Part shown: one piece after another, positions 23,001-37,613 of the stretch
Layout of the letters: every line of letters begins with the position of its first letter
Numbering within the stretch: the first letter of the stretch is position 1
From: Balanoglossus misakiensis
Lineage: Eukaryota > Animalia > Hemichordata
NCBI GenBank assembly: GCA_040954595.2
Contig: CM082592.2
Span: 11,441,912 to 11,505,911, forward strand
Direction of reading: 5' to 3'
DNA length: 64,000 nt
Made by a program: the position numbers and the translations under genes
Notes under the pieces: generated by a model
Database searches by the model: none
Told to the model about the DNA's origin: nothing
The model's input: only the letters and a program-made list of their open reading frames with translations

Positions 23001-26000
23001 CAGACGTTCTTCGGTGATGACAGAATCCCCGTCGTTTTCCGTCGCGGTTTAGCTTGATTGATCGTCTGTTTCTTTTTGGGCTTCGCTAATTTATAACCGT
23101 TGCTATCACACATTCCACGCAATCCATGGTTTATGCAAGCCCGAGAGTCAGAAGCCACCCTAGCTTGTTTTGTAGTTCGAGAAATAAGTCGGAGGTTATT
23201 AACTTCTACCTCTCCCCACAAACTACCTCGATTAAACGGAGAAATATTTCTTTTCGAACTGCTCCTTTTCCGATTAAGCAAACCACGCTGCTTTCTCTGA
23301 AATAATGTTTGATGGAATCGCTCATTAGCGGATAGGCATTAAAGGAATCCTTATTTTAGTACTCGTTTGATTGTGTCCTCAATGGTATTGAGGACCACGT
23401 GATTTCAAACACATCATGGTTGCGATGAGAGTACATGATTAATATTTTATTTAGGTTGTGTCTCTAAAGCTCGGTTTTGTTAAAACCTTACCCTGTCTGA
23501 CAAACCAATCTGAAAATCCCTATCATATTCCCAGTAAATCACAACTTTCACTCAAAGCATCGTTGTGGGCTACGTAATAAATCTCTTTGGAAATCGTTAA
23601 CCTGTCGACACGAGGTTGTCTACTGTTTTTGTTATAAAACGCAATCTGCTCACTTGTTGTTTGAATAATCGAGTTGTAATTTCCTCTGCCAACGGCGAAA
23701 GTTGGGAGATTTATGCGGGAAATGACATCAACTAATTGGTCATGCACTTTGATAAAGCAAACACGTCTCTGAATGGCGTTTTGAAAGACAGGGAAGGGAT
23801 TTTGTGCAAATCCCATTCACAGCTTTGTTAATGGCGTAAATGTGATGGTGATTTGTTCGAGACTTGTGAGAAAGCTGAATAACACGGTCATGATTGACAT
23901 CTGGAATAGCGGCAAGATTCTGACGAAAAGGTTTGCGTACGGCAAGGTATGAGTAATTACACATCCGGTCATTAAAGACAATTTTAAAGACCAGGAAATT
24001 CCAGGCACCTGTGTGAACGTCGGTATTGGAGAATTAAAGTCAGATGGTTGCCACTGACTATAGGTCACGATGTACCGTTCATTTATGAGCATGTACTGCA
24101 AATGCTGAACCACACAGCGACATCCGGGAGATTTGCGAGCCAGACTGCCTCCAAGCAAAAGTAATAAAGGCGTCATTTAAATTTTGACATTTCGTTCATG
24201 TCACCTCTTTCTGCTCTTTGGGACCTCTTTGATCTGTGGTAATGCAGACATTAGCATTATTGACAAATTTGTAATTAGCCTAGACATCAGCAACACTGCG
24301 ATTTAAGAAGATCACAGACTGGCTACTACTTAACACATCTCTGCGGTCCCAGTGGAAAGAGGGATTTTGGGAGATTTCATCCAATGAAACAGAACTAATG
24401 ACAGTTTTATACCTCTAGCAAATACTTTCCCATCAGCAAGATAACATAGACACTGCTCACTTTTACGTGCGCTCAATCCAGATGTCAACAACATGTCAAA
24501 CGAGACGAGACGAAATCCGGTTGTATCAAAAACAAACACTCGCCCATACACTACTACAACAGCCCGAGGATATCCTGACAAGTTTTACAAACTTCGATTC
24601 GAGCAAATAAAGTAATCTGAGATCGACTCATGTACATATATCTTGATAGAATCGCTGATCTGTTTACAATACCGCTCGATTTGCTCCAGGTATCAAAGCT
24701 GTAGTCGATCGTAATGATACTTAAAACGTGTGCACAGTATAATGTGTTTGTCGTGACGTGATGTGAGTACTCTCCGTTCAACGTTTGAGACCATTTGTAA
24801 TATAATCACTGCATTTGCTGAATGTCAGAATTTGCTTCTTTCACTCATTAGTCGTCCACGTTGGTTGACATGACGTTGCTTATTATATCGTTTTGGGCTA
24901 TCATGCACGTATTTCAAAACACACGCCAATGCAACATTGATGGTTTGATTAAAATTCATGGCGTCTTGTTTCCAATATATGTCGTCTAGCGAAGAGATAT
25001 TAACGATTACGGCACCGGTAGATTCATTTGGTGGCAATAATCGATTAAATTTCTTCTTTGGTGATGTGTTTCCTGATATCACTTTCAACAGGAGTGCAAA
25101 ATATGGGAAACGATGATAGTTCCATTGAGGAATTTCCCAAGGAGCTTTTCCCAATGAGGGCGGAGTGACACCGAAATTGAAGATAAGGTCACTTACAATA
25201 TCTACCGTTATTGCAAACCATTTCTTCGTTCAGTGTATGCTAATCGTGATGTTTTTCGTATATTACTTCGCCCGAAGCCACACATAGACACGTTTATAAC
25301 CTACATTCGGTTAACGTCGCGACAAACGCAAAATAACTTGATGCATTGAAATGAATTACAACCATGAAATGGCAACACAAAAAGTGAACATCAGAGAATA
25401 GGTATATGCAGTTATTTATTATTGATAATCGTTCTCTTGCTAGAAATTCAAACCCTAATATATTGTGTTTTCCCCCGGTAAACTAAACATCGTAAAAGAT
25501 TCAGGAACGGCTTGAAGACAGGTGATTAGCGTTATATAAATGCGTTCATAAGATATCGTAAAATAGACCTACTTCGAACCAGGCGAGTGGATCTCGTTTG
25601 ATTAAAACGAGATTGGTGCGCCATCATAATAACAGATTAAGTATATGTTACCATGGCAACTTAACATTAACTTAATTCTGACCACGAGGCTCACGTCGCC
25701 GTGGATCTAACCGCCCAAAATCGTTTAGAAAGAGTCTTTCAAAACAATTTTGGATGACTAATAGATCCAAGTGAAGAGGTCGTTACTCTGCATTCTCTAC
25801 GATTTGTCGCTTTTGCTCGAGGTTGTTATGAATAATTTTGTCTTGCAGTTTGATTCCGCTGCATTTTTCTATTTATGTACATTTCTATGACGACAACGAC
25901 GACGACGATGATGATAAAGCGTTCAAAATGTTCTTATAAACCTAACATATATCAAAATGATTGTTATGTTGAGTTTTGTGTCACATTTACGTTGTGGGAT

Positions 26001-27200
26001 AAAAAATCATTGCCTCTGGTGATATGTTAGGCTAATGGCTATAAATCGTGTTTTAATTATTTTAAAACGTACCTTTGGTATTTGTGGTGATAATGTACTT
26101 CGACCGTTTGATATATATTACATGTTACAATCAATCATATACGCATGCTACAGATATTTAATATAAACTGCTTTATGCTGACCCTAAGTAACCCTCAGTA
26201 AAAATAACATATTTGGGACACTTGTCCTCATCATACTAACAATAGCGCACGCGTCGACGCGAGAAAATTCCTCGTTAAAAACATAAATCCGAAACTGACT
26301 ATTACAAATGTTGCTGTTATTCTCATCTGCAGATAACAATTAGCCAAGATGCGCTTCAAGGATACAGGGAGGTCCCTCGCACAGCCAACAAACTGAAATA
26401 GGACCACCTAGCTCTGTCGACTTCTACAGCTGGCTGATGGATTTGTGAGAAGGCTTGGGTAACCCACGAATGTCTTTGTCCTTGTGGAACTGGTGATTTT
26501 AGCACCTCTATACAAGCATCTACGTCACTGCCAAGTCTCATTTGTGTTCTCGACGCCCGCTGGTGTAAGGATACTTCAACTGGACTCGAGCAGAGGAATG
26601 AGAATGTATACGACCACGCTCGTCCATCCGTAGTTCGGGATGCGGTAAGATTTTTCAACGGCGCCGGCAGACAGAGAGTAATACAAGGGAAACGGGCAAT
26701 GCGGTTGGGTCTACAAGGTACAATGATTAAGTTGGACATGCTTTTCGAGCTTTGAACAGACAACGGATGAGACATTGTAATTTAGCTAATTGATGAACCA
26801 TCAACGTTCATGTCAGTCCTCAGAGACAACAGCAAAGCAACGTATATTTAGGCCAATTATCGATACCACGGACTCTACTTGCTGACAGAACATCCATAGT
26901 ATCCACTGACAACGATTGCAAGCTTCCCCAAATGTAAATTCAAGAAGATCTCTCTTGTTGAACTATCATTCCTGGTAACTTTGAATATTCATTTTACTTC
27001 CTTCAGTTGTATTTATTGTAGAGATCACAAAGCAGAGGAGTTAACAACGATGTGATTGGCCGAATTAATTGAGTGGGTCTTCACTGATGTAATGTAACGC
27101 ATAGTTTCACGGTGCACCCACGTAAATTCTGTGGAGAAACTAGATTTCACTGAAGCAAGACTTGGCCGTTGAACCATTTCCGAGCAAATGTCTGGAGAAG

Positions 27201-30200
27201 ATGCTTGGTGTGATATCAAGGGAAGTGCGCGTGTTCGTATTCTGTGTGTACGCGATTTTGGTCGAACGCTGTGTCGTCGGAAATCATTTAATGGCGCACC
27301 ACGAGAAAGTCTCCTATCTACAGCCTGGGGATTTGATGCTGGGTGGTATATTCACGTTGCATTGGTCCGATTTGGAAACCCAGAACTGCACCCAGATGCG
27401 ACCGTTGCGTGAGATTTTTCGCGTCGAGGCCATGGCATACGCAATCGAAGTCATAAATCAGAACGAGGATATTCTACCGGGGATTACACTTGGGTTTCAG
27501 ATCCTCGATGACTGCGGCACGGAACAGTCTTCACTGGCGGCGGTGCTACATTTTGTCCCCGGGGACATCCATCGTTTCGAAGAGAGCGGGTGTGAGTGTG
27601 CGGAACTCGAACGGCGACGGAACATCGTGGGCATCATCGGCCCGCCACTGAGTGCAAACGCGATTCCAACCAGTAAACTCTTAAACTTGTTTCATCTACC
27701 ACAGATCAGTCACGCTGCGACCAGTGACGATTTGAGCGATAAACTGGTGCATCCTTATTTCTTGAGGACGGTTCCCCCTGAAAGCCAGCGCGCCACAGCC
27801 ATCGTCGAACTTCTGCTGCACTTCAACTGGACCTACGTGTTCACCATCAATTCAGCCGAACATTACGGCAGAAATGCCATCAATAAATTCATGGACGCCT
27901 CCAAGGATGATATATGCATTGCCGGGCGCTTCGAATTATCTTCTGACAACCACAGCGCTGATGACGTGGACCGACTGGTTCAGACGATGATGAGCAACGA
28001 CAAAGCTACGGTTGTTGTTCTGTTTTCGCTCACCAGAGAACTTATTATGCTGTTTGCAGCTATAGAACGGGCCAACGCCGACAAGATCTTCACTTTCATC
28101 ACAACGGAAAGAGAAGCGCTGGATGTGGGACAAGGCGGGCACGGTGGCATGATCGCCGGGGGACTCTTCGTCGGCTCCGTGAAAACAGAAGTTCGCGGAC
28201 TCGAGGAACATTTCACTTTCTTGACCCCAGAAACCCACAGGTCAAATCCCTGGTTTCAAGAGTATTATGACCACTACTTGAACTGCACAACCGTTGACAC
28301 CAGCTGCAATGCCAGTTTTCACGTGCAGGAGAGTAAGACGTATGCATCACCTGTTGCCGATGCTGTGTTCGCATTTGCGTATGCGCTGGACGCCATGCGC
28401 AGAGATTTGTGTCCGGAGACAGACAGATGCCAAGAACTTATCGAAGCCGCCAGGAATGGCGACCGGCTTCTGGGTTATCTTTTCCGGGACAACTTCGTCG
28501 GAGTTAGCGGGGTGACGAAGTTCGACAGGTACGGCGACATTATGGCAAAGTACCCGCTTTTTGTCCTGCAGTTTGTGAACAACAAGTACGAACTTGTCAA
28601 CGTCGGGAAAGTGGACACAGTCTCCAAGGAGGTGCTGATCGACTCGCCAATCGAGTGGAACTCCGGCGAGACACCTCCAAGTTCAACGTGCGGAGAACCC
28701 TGCACAGCAAGGCAGGTCCCAAACTACCGTCAAGACGGCTGCTGCTGGGATTGCTGGACTTGTTACATCAACGAAGTCGTCAACGAGAACGGAACTGGCT
28801 GCGAGCGTTGTGAGATAGGGTTCTGGCCTGGCGTCGAGTCCAACACCTGTGAACGCATTTCTGCTACTTACTTACGTTGGACGGACGGCATAGCCATCGG
28901 CCTGCTGTGTTTCTCCGCTGCCGGCGTGGTGGTTTTTCTTGCCGTCGTTATTTTCTACATAGAGCACCGAAGACATTCGGTCATAAAAGCCTCGAGTCGT
29001 GAACTGTCCAGCATTCTCCTGTTTGGAATACTGCTATCATTTGCAATGGTCATAACATTTATTGCAAAACCAACACCAATCACATGCTTTCTGAATCGCT
29101 TTGGATTCATGCTATGCTTCACCATCATCTACGCGCCAATCTTGTCCAGGGCCAATAGGATCTACAGAATATTTTCTGCGGCGAAGACGAGCGCCAAGCC
29201 ACCGCCCATGATCACACCTTGCTCCCAGGTCATCATATCTTTAATACTTATCAGTGTTCAGGTAAGTGAGATGGAGTCAGACGATCGAGGTAACTAAGAT
29301 ACTCTAAGCATGCGCAGTATGGCAGGAGCCACGGTATAGGTATAATTATACACAATTCCTATCAAACCTGGAAACTGTTGCTTTTAGACGTTAACGGTAT
29401 TGTGTTCTTATTTGCCATTGCCTGAAGGTTAAGGCAGTTTCCAATTACTAATTGAATTACCATGTATTGTATTTAATATAACTAAATCAATTTTCTAAAT
29501 GGGATTGCGTGTTATTCAAAAGGTACACAAAAGATTCCCATCCGATGGGGGTGAATGGTACTCAGGTGTTTACCAGGAAACAATCAAAATACTGCTAGAG
29601 CTATGCTTGACAAATCCATCCGGTTTCGTTCTTTTCGACGTGTGCCTTTTTCAACTTTATCATGTCCTAACGACTGGAATCATGTAACAGCCAAAAATAC
29701 TTGTAAAAGCATCACATGAAGTACTTTTGGGGATTTGTACTGTATACACAATGCATACCGTTAATGTACTCTGTTAAAGGGGTCAACAAGGCGCAGATGT
29801 CGCTAAAAGCAGAACGAGAGTTTTATCGCCGAACTTTTCAGAATTATTTGTCATATGCGAAAGGTATACGTTTTCTAAATTGAGGTCACTCAAATATTTA
29901 CTCTGTCGACGATTTCCCTAAGAATTCACATAAATGTTTATACGTAATGAGCTACGAGTGTTTGTTGGAATGCCCTTTCCATTACGAAGCGATGGTATCG
30001 ATGAATAAAATGGGGTTCGAATTTTTCGTTTTCACCAAACTTTGTATTATTAGAGAGTCCTGTGCCTCCATGGTAATCATGCATTAGTAACATCTCACGC
30101 TTCCAGACATAAGAATTATTTTCTCATCACTTTTATAGGTTATTATCAACGCAGTCTGGATAATCCTACTTCCACCTCAGCCGGTAGAGGTCATGCCAGT

Positions 30201-30543
30201 TCCAACAGAGAAGAAAATTGAGCTTAGCTGCAACATCACCGAGTCAGAGGTCATAACCTCTGTGACCTATAACCTCTTGCTGCTCATCTTCTGTTGTTTC
30301 TACGCATTCAAGACGCGCAAGGTGCCTGACAACTACAACGAATCGCGGCACATCGGTTGGACCGTGTATACAGTATTAGTGATCTGGCTAGCGTTCATTC
30401 CCACTTACTTCGTCATCAAAGACGCCATTTTGAAAGTCTGCGTCCTGTCACTGACTGTCATTATAAACGCCTGGGTCAATCTCATATTTATGTTTTGGCC
30501 GAAAATATTTGACGTCAAAAGAACGCAGAATGTCGCGATTTGA
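27201..30543 (+). CDS. Class C GPCR, metabotropic glutamate receptor-like (Venus flytrap + 9-Cys domain + 7TM), 821 aa
   Basis: Exon 1 is 27201-29261 (donor CAG|GTAAGT). Exon 2 is 30139-30543 (acceptor ttttatag|, phase 0). Features: signal-peptide-like N-terminus; GDLMLGGIF, FRVEAM, ILPGITLG.ILDDC, PQISHAATS..LSDK...YFLRTVPP, NPWFQEYY; nine-Cys domain CGEPC..CCWDCWTC..CERC..GFWP..C; VIKASSRELS, KTRKVPDNYNESRHIG, VIWLAFIP and FWPK, all typical of mGluRs. Confidence 0.93.
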
Positions 30544-33500
30544 GGTCTTTATCAAATGCTATGCAGTGATGTAAATATTTATAACATTTCCAAGATATCT
30601 ACGTGTTTTTGTATATGGAACCTCTACTTCCACGGTTTCTGCTGCAGCTGGGTATAAGTATTTTTGCCTGAAGAGATTTCGACGCGCGCAATAAAAGTCA
30701 GTTTACCCTTCACTTCCAAGGGTTTCTTCGTTTATTTCCAGTACTGCTTCAGACTTTACAAAAAAAAACCTCGCGTTTCCTTAACCTCTCATCAGAACAA
30801 GTTAACCCGCTGTGTTAGGAAATGAGTATCTTGGTTAGTTTTGCTAAAGACACGGATTTGCTGTGCCAATTTCCGGCCCATCAACAGTAAAAGACTACTT
30901 TAAATGTGTTTTTCTGACAGAGGCGAATTAATGCTTCTTCTATCACCCTTTTGCCCTTGGACTTCACTGCTTTGTACATGCCGACACTAATGTGTTGTCA
31001 GTGAGATCTAGGACACGAGGAAGTGCTTGATCGGAATTATCAATCCAGGTGTGACGCCCCCGGAGAAAGCAATGTTTGATTATATCCTTGAGATGGCGAG
31101 GTGTCATGGTACAAATGCTGCTGAAGGATACTGTGAGTGATGTTGAAAGCATATTTTTGTCGAAAATAACCGCGACTTTATGTGTTATGCATTCGACTCG
31201 CGTACATGATGAGTTTAATGGCATAACATGTAATGTTAACAAAAGAAGCTTCCAGGTCTCCTGTGTATATACCTGACTCCTGAAGATTCCTGCGCCAATC
31301 TCGTATGAAAACAGACTAAACGAAGGGCAAATAAATCAACAGTTACAGCACGGAGTTCAATTAACAAGAACACAGTCTCTACCACTAACGTGTAATTGGG
31401 TTGAAATGAAGAAGTACCTTTATCACCGGATCAAATGAAATTAGCCACAGAGGGGATGGAACACCTGTTGTTAATTATATGGGATAGCATCTATCTCTTT
31501 CTGTTTCAATGCTGGTCTTTGGTACGCCAGGGTTCCTTACGAGAAACATGTAAATCCAGCTGCTCTTTCAATCAGTTGTAGACACTGTTGGCTTCGTAAA
31601 ACAAGTCACGTAAATCGGTTTATGTGGATGACATTAATTTCAACAGTCTCGACAAAACGTAATCAGTAATAAAATCTAGGTGAGATAAAATATGAGGCGT
31701 TGATTAAACCTAACCGTGTTCAGCCATTATCTCATTCAACCACTAGACAGTTGATCTGATCTTCTGGGATGTAATCAAAACGGACAATTCCCATCATGCA
31801 GCGACGGGCAAGCTTCGCAGCAACAAAATGTCAACAAAACGTGTGGGAATACTTTTATCGATTGCTTTATATGATGATAATGGTCAAATTTTGTGCATAT
31901 ATTTTGGTGAAACGATATCACACAAAATACGTATTTTGAAGATATTTTGTTTGGGTGACCTGATTCTATATTTTATGATTTTTGTTGTCCCTGATTTATA
32001 TTGGTGTATTTTCGTTATATTTTCACATTTTGCTTGTGACTGTTAAGGTGTTAATATCCAGTCAATATAGGTCACACACTTTAAATATCTGCGTCGGACA
32101 CAGATGTTCGAACTATTGTTGCAACATGCATATTTTAACAATAAATCACATTGATTTCACAATTTTATAAAATGTGCCGTGCTGACCCCGGCCAGAGGAC
32201 AAGCCTCGTTATGATGAGTGACATCATCATTATGAAAATGACAAATGAAGATCAACACGTTTTTAATCACATTTCCCTCAAGCCTCGTAGAAATGATTGA
32301 TATAAAATTCAGTAATACAATATCAAATTTTTATCATCATGAGTTTAATGATATTTTCATGTGTCAAAGGAAGGTTAATGGAGATCTATGAAATATGACC
32401 CTCAAGATGTATACCTTACACTGGCTATATCATTCTAATCATGTTTTTGCTGTCTGCTGGGATTTACAGGGATTGGCAGAAAACCAAGTGGGATTATGCC
32501 GCAACACTACAGGGATAAGCTCTTTGTACTGAGCAGTTTAATCACTTAGTCAAAAACGAAAAGGTATAATAGCAACTCGCAGACTTGTATCATTCACGAA
32601 ACAACATGGACAGAAATGGGCACACCCTAATGAGCGTTTTAGCAAAGCCAGCCAAAGAATACGATTTTCACTTATGTACGTATACACGTTCGACTAAGCG
32701 AGTATTCATCAAACCCATCTACACATACACGGCACATCACTCACGATCATTTTAGCAGATGTATAAATAAAGGAATTCTGAAACAACCATAATGTTGCCA
32801 CAAACCGCTGTCTATGATATTTTATGACATAAAAGATGAAATATTGTGGATGTTTGAAATGTTCTTTTTATCTCTCAAAGGCGCCAGTTTCAGTCGTCAC
32901 ATTTGATAAGAGTGATAAATAGCATTCATATAAAAAGTGGCAACGACATGCGCTTTTAATTCAATATGTTTCAGTACTTGGGCATTAAAATGATAGTGCA
33001 ATCAATCATGTGTTATCGCAGTGTCTCCAAATTGAAAGAAAGCACCCCCATCAATGTTTCATGAAAATATGGAAGTCATTTGGGGGCAGACTGGCCTGCT
33101 ACGTGAGGTATGGTCTGGCTTCCAATCCTATAAAATGCAAGTCGATTTATCATTCTAAAATTCAAAATTTCAAAAGTCACCGTGGCCACCTCTAATCTTC
33201 GTTTTTGGTGATTTCGGCTAGGCACGATCGATCAAATGTTATCCTCAACAGAAGACGAATTTCAAATAATTCCCCGAAAAGCATTTGCACATCGACATCC
33301 TAAAGTAAAAGGCATAATTTACATCCTATACAATGTTCATCCGATCAGTGTGCAACCAACTGGTGCAGTGGCAACTAAATGACTACTGGGAATTCACCAC
33401 AACCGAACCAAGACAAATTGCATAAAGTCCGCAATTTCATTAAAGTCGTGTGTAATAAAAAAATGTATCCCAAACGGCAAGTGCCTACATAATGCATCTC

Positions 33501-34434
33501 TTAGGAACACACGTCTGTTACCTGCTACCTGGAGATTTAGTTATTGGCTATGACATATTCGTAGACGACCATTCCGAGAAATATTACCTCAATCAGCAAT
33601 AAAAATTAATGATCATCATTCTTGAACAGAAAAGAGTAGCAGATGATCTCTGCTCGGAATTACGATTTCAACCACTGACAAACCTATAGTCATCGTGAAT
33701 GACAGACCGGATAAATTAGATTGTCCACGAAGAGGGCGAGCAAGACACAGTTTTGCCAACAGCTGCAGGATACACAAGTTTCAGATTTGTTAACACGGTC
33801 ATCGGTTGGGCGGAGCAGGAGTTACACTTTTTCAAGAATTTTTTTTTTCAAAGTGTATAAAACCACGAACCTCACAAGCTACCTTAAATCACACGAAGGG
33901 TCAAGCACAGTGCATGTTCGGTACCGAGGCAACTATAGCATGTATAGTTCGTTTGGTTTTTCCCCGATTCACCTCTTGAGGGCTCCGTAATGATGACAAC
34001 GCAAATCTGGGGAGTACACGTGGCACGCGCATGCAGCTGAAGTGTGTCAACTATGGGTTCTTTTGTTTGTACATGTAGGCCTAATAAAACCGTACGCGCT
34101 ACAAAGATGATGCTGTTTATCTTATACTAGTAATTTAGAAATGCCCAGGGCACTGATTTCTTACCTGTCAACTGTTTCTTGTTCAGTTCCATCCCGGAAA
34201 CCTCCAACAACTACCACAAGTTCGCCGAGTGTGAAACCACGTGCCCAGGTGTACAACCTCGCAACTGCTGCATGTCGTTGTTTACACTCTCGTTTTTTCT
34301 CGTGTATCAATGCGCAGCCGAACTACATTGCCGAGATAACGTCAAAACCTTTCAGATTTCCAACAGAATCTGCGAAATTTGGTTGCCAAATATTCTCGTG
34401 GACTAATGTTCGGATTTTTTTATCTTTATCTGGT

Positions 34435-34465
34435 GCCCTGGGTTCGATTCCTGGGTCTGGGCTAG
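34435..34465 (+). mobile_element. tRNA-derived SINE fragment (B box / T-arm)
   Basis: GGTTCGATTCC (34441-34451) inside CTGGG-TTCGATT-CCTGG, a T-arm-like hairpin. No A box or cloverleaf upstream, so this is not a tRNA gene. Confidence 0.35.
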
Positions 34466-37400
34466 CTATGAACAGTTTTTTCACCCTTTACCATTTGATT
34501 TTGTCTGGTTCTTGACACAAGAATGATTTTGGCTTCAGAGGACAATTAAAACATCCACAGAAATAATTCACATTATCACCTTTGAGTTCCGAGTGTTCTG
34601 TCATGTAAGCGGAAAATAATTACGCATCAAGATAAGAGTGCACGTAGCAGACAAGATGTGACAAAGGTTCGAATTTGGTGACAGTCATCCTGTACCAGAC
34701 CCACTGACCGACTTTTTTGAGTTGTTGAAATTTGCTCTGGCCAGGAGGACAGTTGGTGTAACGTTCAGTTGTATCTCATCGATGATGTACACAGAGATAT
34801 CAAAGTGATACATTGAAATATTGTTCCCTTTGTCATATTGATGTCTTAAATTTATCCCACTCACATGACAAACAATGGGATGAAGCTGAAGTCTACCTGC
34901 ATTTCTTCAAAACCTGGGGATATCGTTCTGGGGAAGGATTAACCACACTGGCAAACCCATCTTTTGGATTTTCTAAAAAATTTATTTTCCAGCGTCCATC
35001 TACATGTTAGAATGCCCATCTACACGTACAATGAGACACACAAAAAATGCAACTTTTCTAGAAACAGTTCACATAAAAATACAAGTCTTATATTAAGAAT
35101 GAATTGCACATATACTTTGGACTTACGGTAAAAACTTGTTGATGCACAAGCAGAAGTATACATGTCAAGTTTAGTAATATTTTTCTTTTTTTCTCACTTT
35201 TTCATTTGAGGTATGAGCGTGCTGTTATGCATGGTCCTGAATGACTGTCAGTAAATTGTTCTTAAAAAACACAGCTGATAATTTACAAGGTTTCCAAAAC
35301 ACAGTGAACGCTCTTTTTTTATTCCATGTGGAAGTTGCTCTTGAGTACAGAAACCTGCTGACCCAATGTTTATGAAAGCTCCAACCAATTCAAACATAGA
35401 CCCTGCTTCTCTACATGTGAGCAACAATAGAGATAGCGCCCTCAAGCAACTCCCCCCCCCCAACACACACACAAAGTTGACACTTTATCACACAAATGCA
35501 GACACATACTCTACAGTAAAGTTGTCCTTACAATCTTAACAAAAAATGGTAAAATTTTGACAAAATGCAGCAAAATTGCTGACAAGAGTTGGTATAAAAT
35601 CCTGACAAGCCTTGGGTAAAATCATCTGTGAAAATCTTCAAGATCCCTGAAATCAAAACTCCTCTGTAAATTTTTTAAAACTGTTGCCAAGGAGATTAAT
35701 GACAAGCAGCATTCTCAAGAAATCTCACCTTATGCCATCCAATCGAACATGGCAATTAAATCCTACACGATCAAGTAATGATCACATGGTTTTATGTCAA
35801 CTACCTTTTGACCACTCATTTGATTTGTGGGGGAAATACACACATTCTCTAGAGGGATTAAACCGTTTAAATTTTACGGTTGAAAAAAATGGCAGCAAAA
35901 TAAGTCTCCCCCGAATAAACCCTGCACACCCATATTTCCTTGAACCAAAGCTAAACCTTATTATCGTGACAATAAGGTTCAACCAAGGAACATTTTTGTA
36001 GCAGAAGATTCACCCCAAATGTTGTGTAAGTTGTCCCTCAATCTCTTGAGGTTTCCTAGAACCCTTCACACACAGTCGTTGACATAGTAAAACCAAAATA
36101 CTCCAATACAAAATTTAATGAGAAAAAGAAAAGACTCTCACATCAACTGTGGTAAAATATTTCAACAAATGAGTCTAGAATATGGCAGATCTTGGATACA
36201 AGTCTTTAACTTGTTTATAAGCCTCTTATCTATGTACTCATTTTCAAAACAAAAAAATGATTTCCGAAATAAATAATTCGTTGTGTGAGGTACAGAGAGA
36301 AAAAAAGCTAAGGAATGGTAAAATGGTCGTTCTTATTTCCAAAACAGAAAACTACTTTGGTATGATAGCTTAATGGTATCCAAATGAAAATAAAAGTAAC
36401 CAAATAAAGAGTCAGAAATACTAGAAATCTTTCTAAGGAAGAGAAATATAGAAAGTTTCATACACTTCCAGTCAAAACACAGAATTTCAAACTTGTGTGC
36501 ACGAAATAATGCACAAAACATGATTCAGACAAAACATGAAGAGTTGTTGCAGTAAATTGACTCAATAGAACAACTATTAAACTAAGTAATAAACACACAA
36601 TTCTAAGTACATTCACCAGTGGAGGCTGAATTTGTCTCTTAAAGCTGTTAAATATTCCCAGTGGTGGCAAGTTCTCAGCGCAATGTGCTTCATTTCTGTA
36701 AACACAGCAAAACCCCTTTTTTTTCTAAGGCCACTTGTACTCATGAAAACGTTCATGACTTCACAAAACACAGTTGTGTCTTCAGGGAAACATCAACAAC
36801 TCTCCATGTAAGAGGAATTGAGGTGTCTGTGCGTCTGCAACTTGAATGCTCCGAAAATGCCACCATTGGGTTTAATTAGACTCTGTGCATTTAGCTGCAC
36901 ACATCAGCAAACTCTACCTTGTAACTTTGTAATAAGTTTTTCTCAAGCAAAAAAACAACAGTATCGCTGTGATAAACCTCACATAGAAGACTCAACAGCA
37001 CAAGCATGACAAGAAATTAAAAGTTGAACAAACAAGTAAAGAAAACACTGATGATCAGTGTTAAGAAGTCAATTAAAACACAGCCTAGAATGCATGGCTT
37101 GGACTAAAACGACACCATCTAGAATACTGAGACAAATCCTGGATTAGAACATCACCTGGAATAGTGAGTTACAATATGCAAGAGACTCTCTACAATAAAT
37201 ATATTGGTTATGGTATAATACAATAACTTATGCATAACTTACACATCTATAGATCACTCTGTGATCACCCTCCAGACAGTAATCTTGTCTTTAGCTTCTT
37301 TAAGGAAATGTAAATTTGACAGATTTTTCTGAAAATTTGTGCCTCAATCTGGGGTTTGCATACCCACCCAGTTGTGTTGTTAGAGAAGGTGTCAGTTTTC

Positions 37401-37613
37401 TTAGCCATCGCTGTCAACATCTAAAAGCAAAATCTATACCACTTGCACAGGAATGTAGTAAAGGTACAGTTTTTGTAAGTTTTTCAAGAGGTTGCAAGAA
37501 TTTGGGGACGACTTCCCCGAAGCCAAGCGCTTAGCTCATTGTTCATGTTGTCCTTTCAGTTTGCAATGATAGCACCACGTTGTGATAACATCCATCGATG
37601 GTGGAGCATCGCT

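Noticed and set aside
22700-26800. Minus-strand ORFs of 75-139 aa (e.g. 23523-24176, 24825-25154, 26356-26775) as a gene or transposase
   Set aside because: No recognisable domain, no DDE or RT motifs, and no consistent exon chain.
27162-27200. ORF-track start of the GPCR at TTG 27162 and stop at 29297
   Set aside because: This is a eukaryotic gene. The first in-frame ATG is 27201 and the frame splices at 29261 to 30139.
34435-34465. tRNA gene
   Set aside because: Only a B box/T-arm is present, with no D-arm, anticodon arm or acceptor stem. Kept only as a possible SINE remnant.
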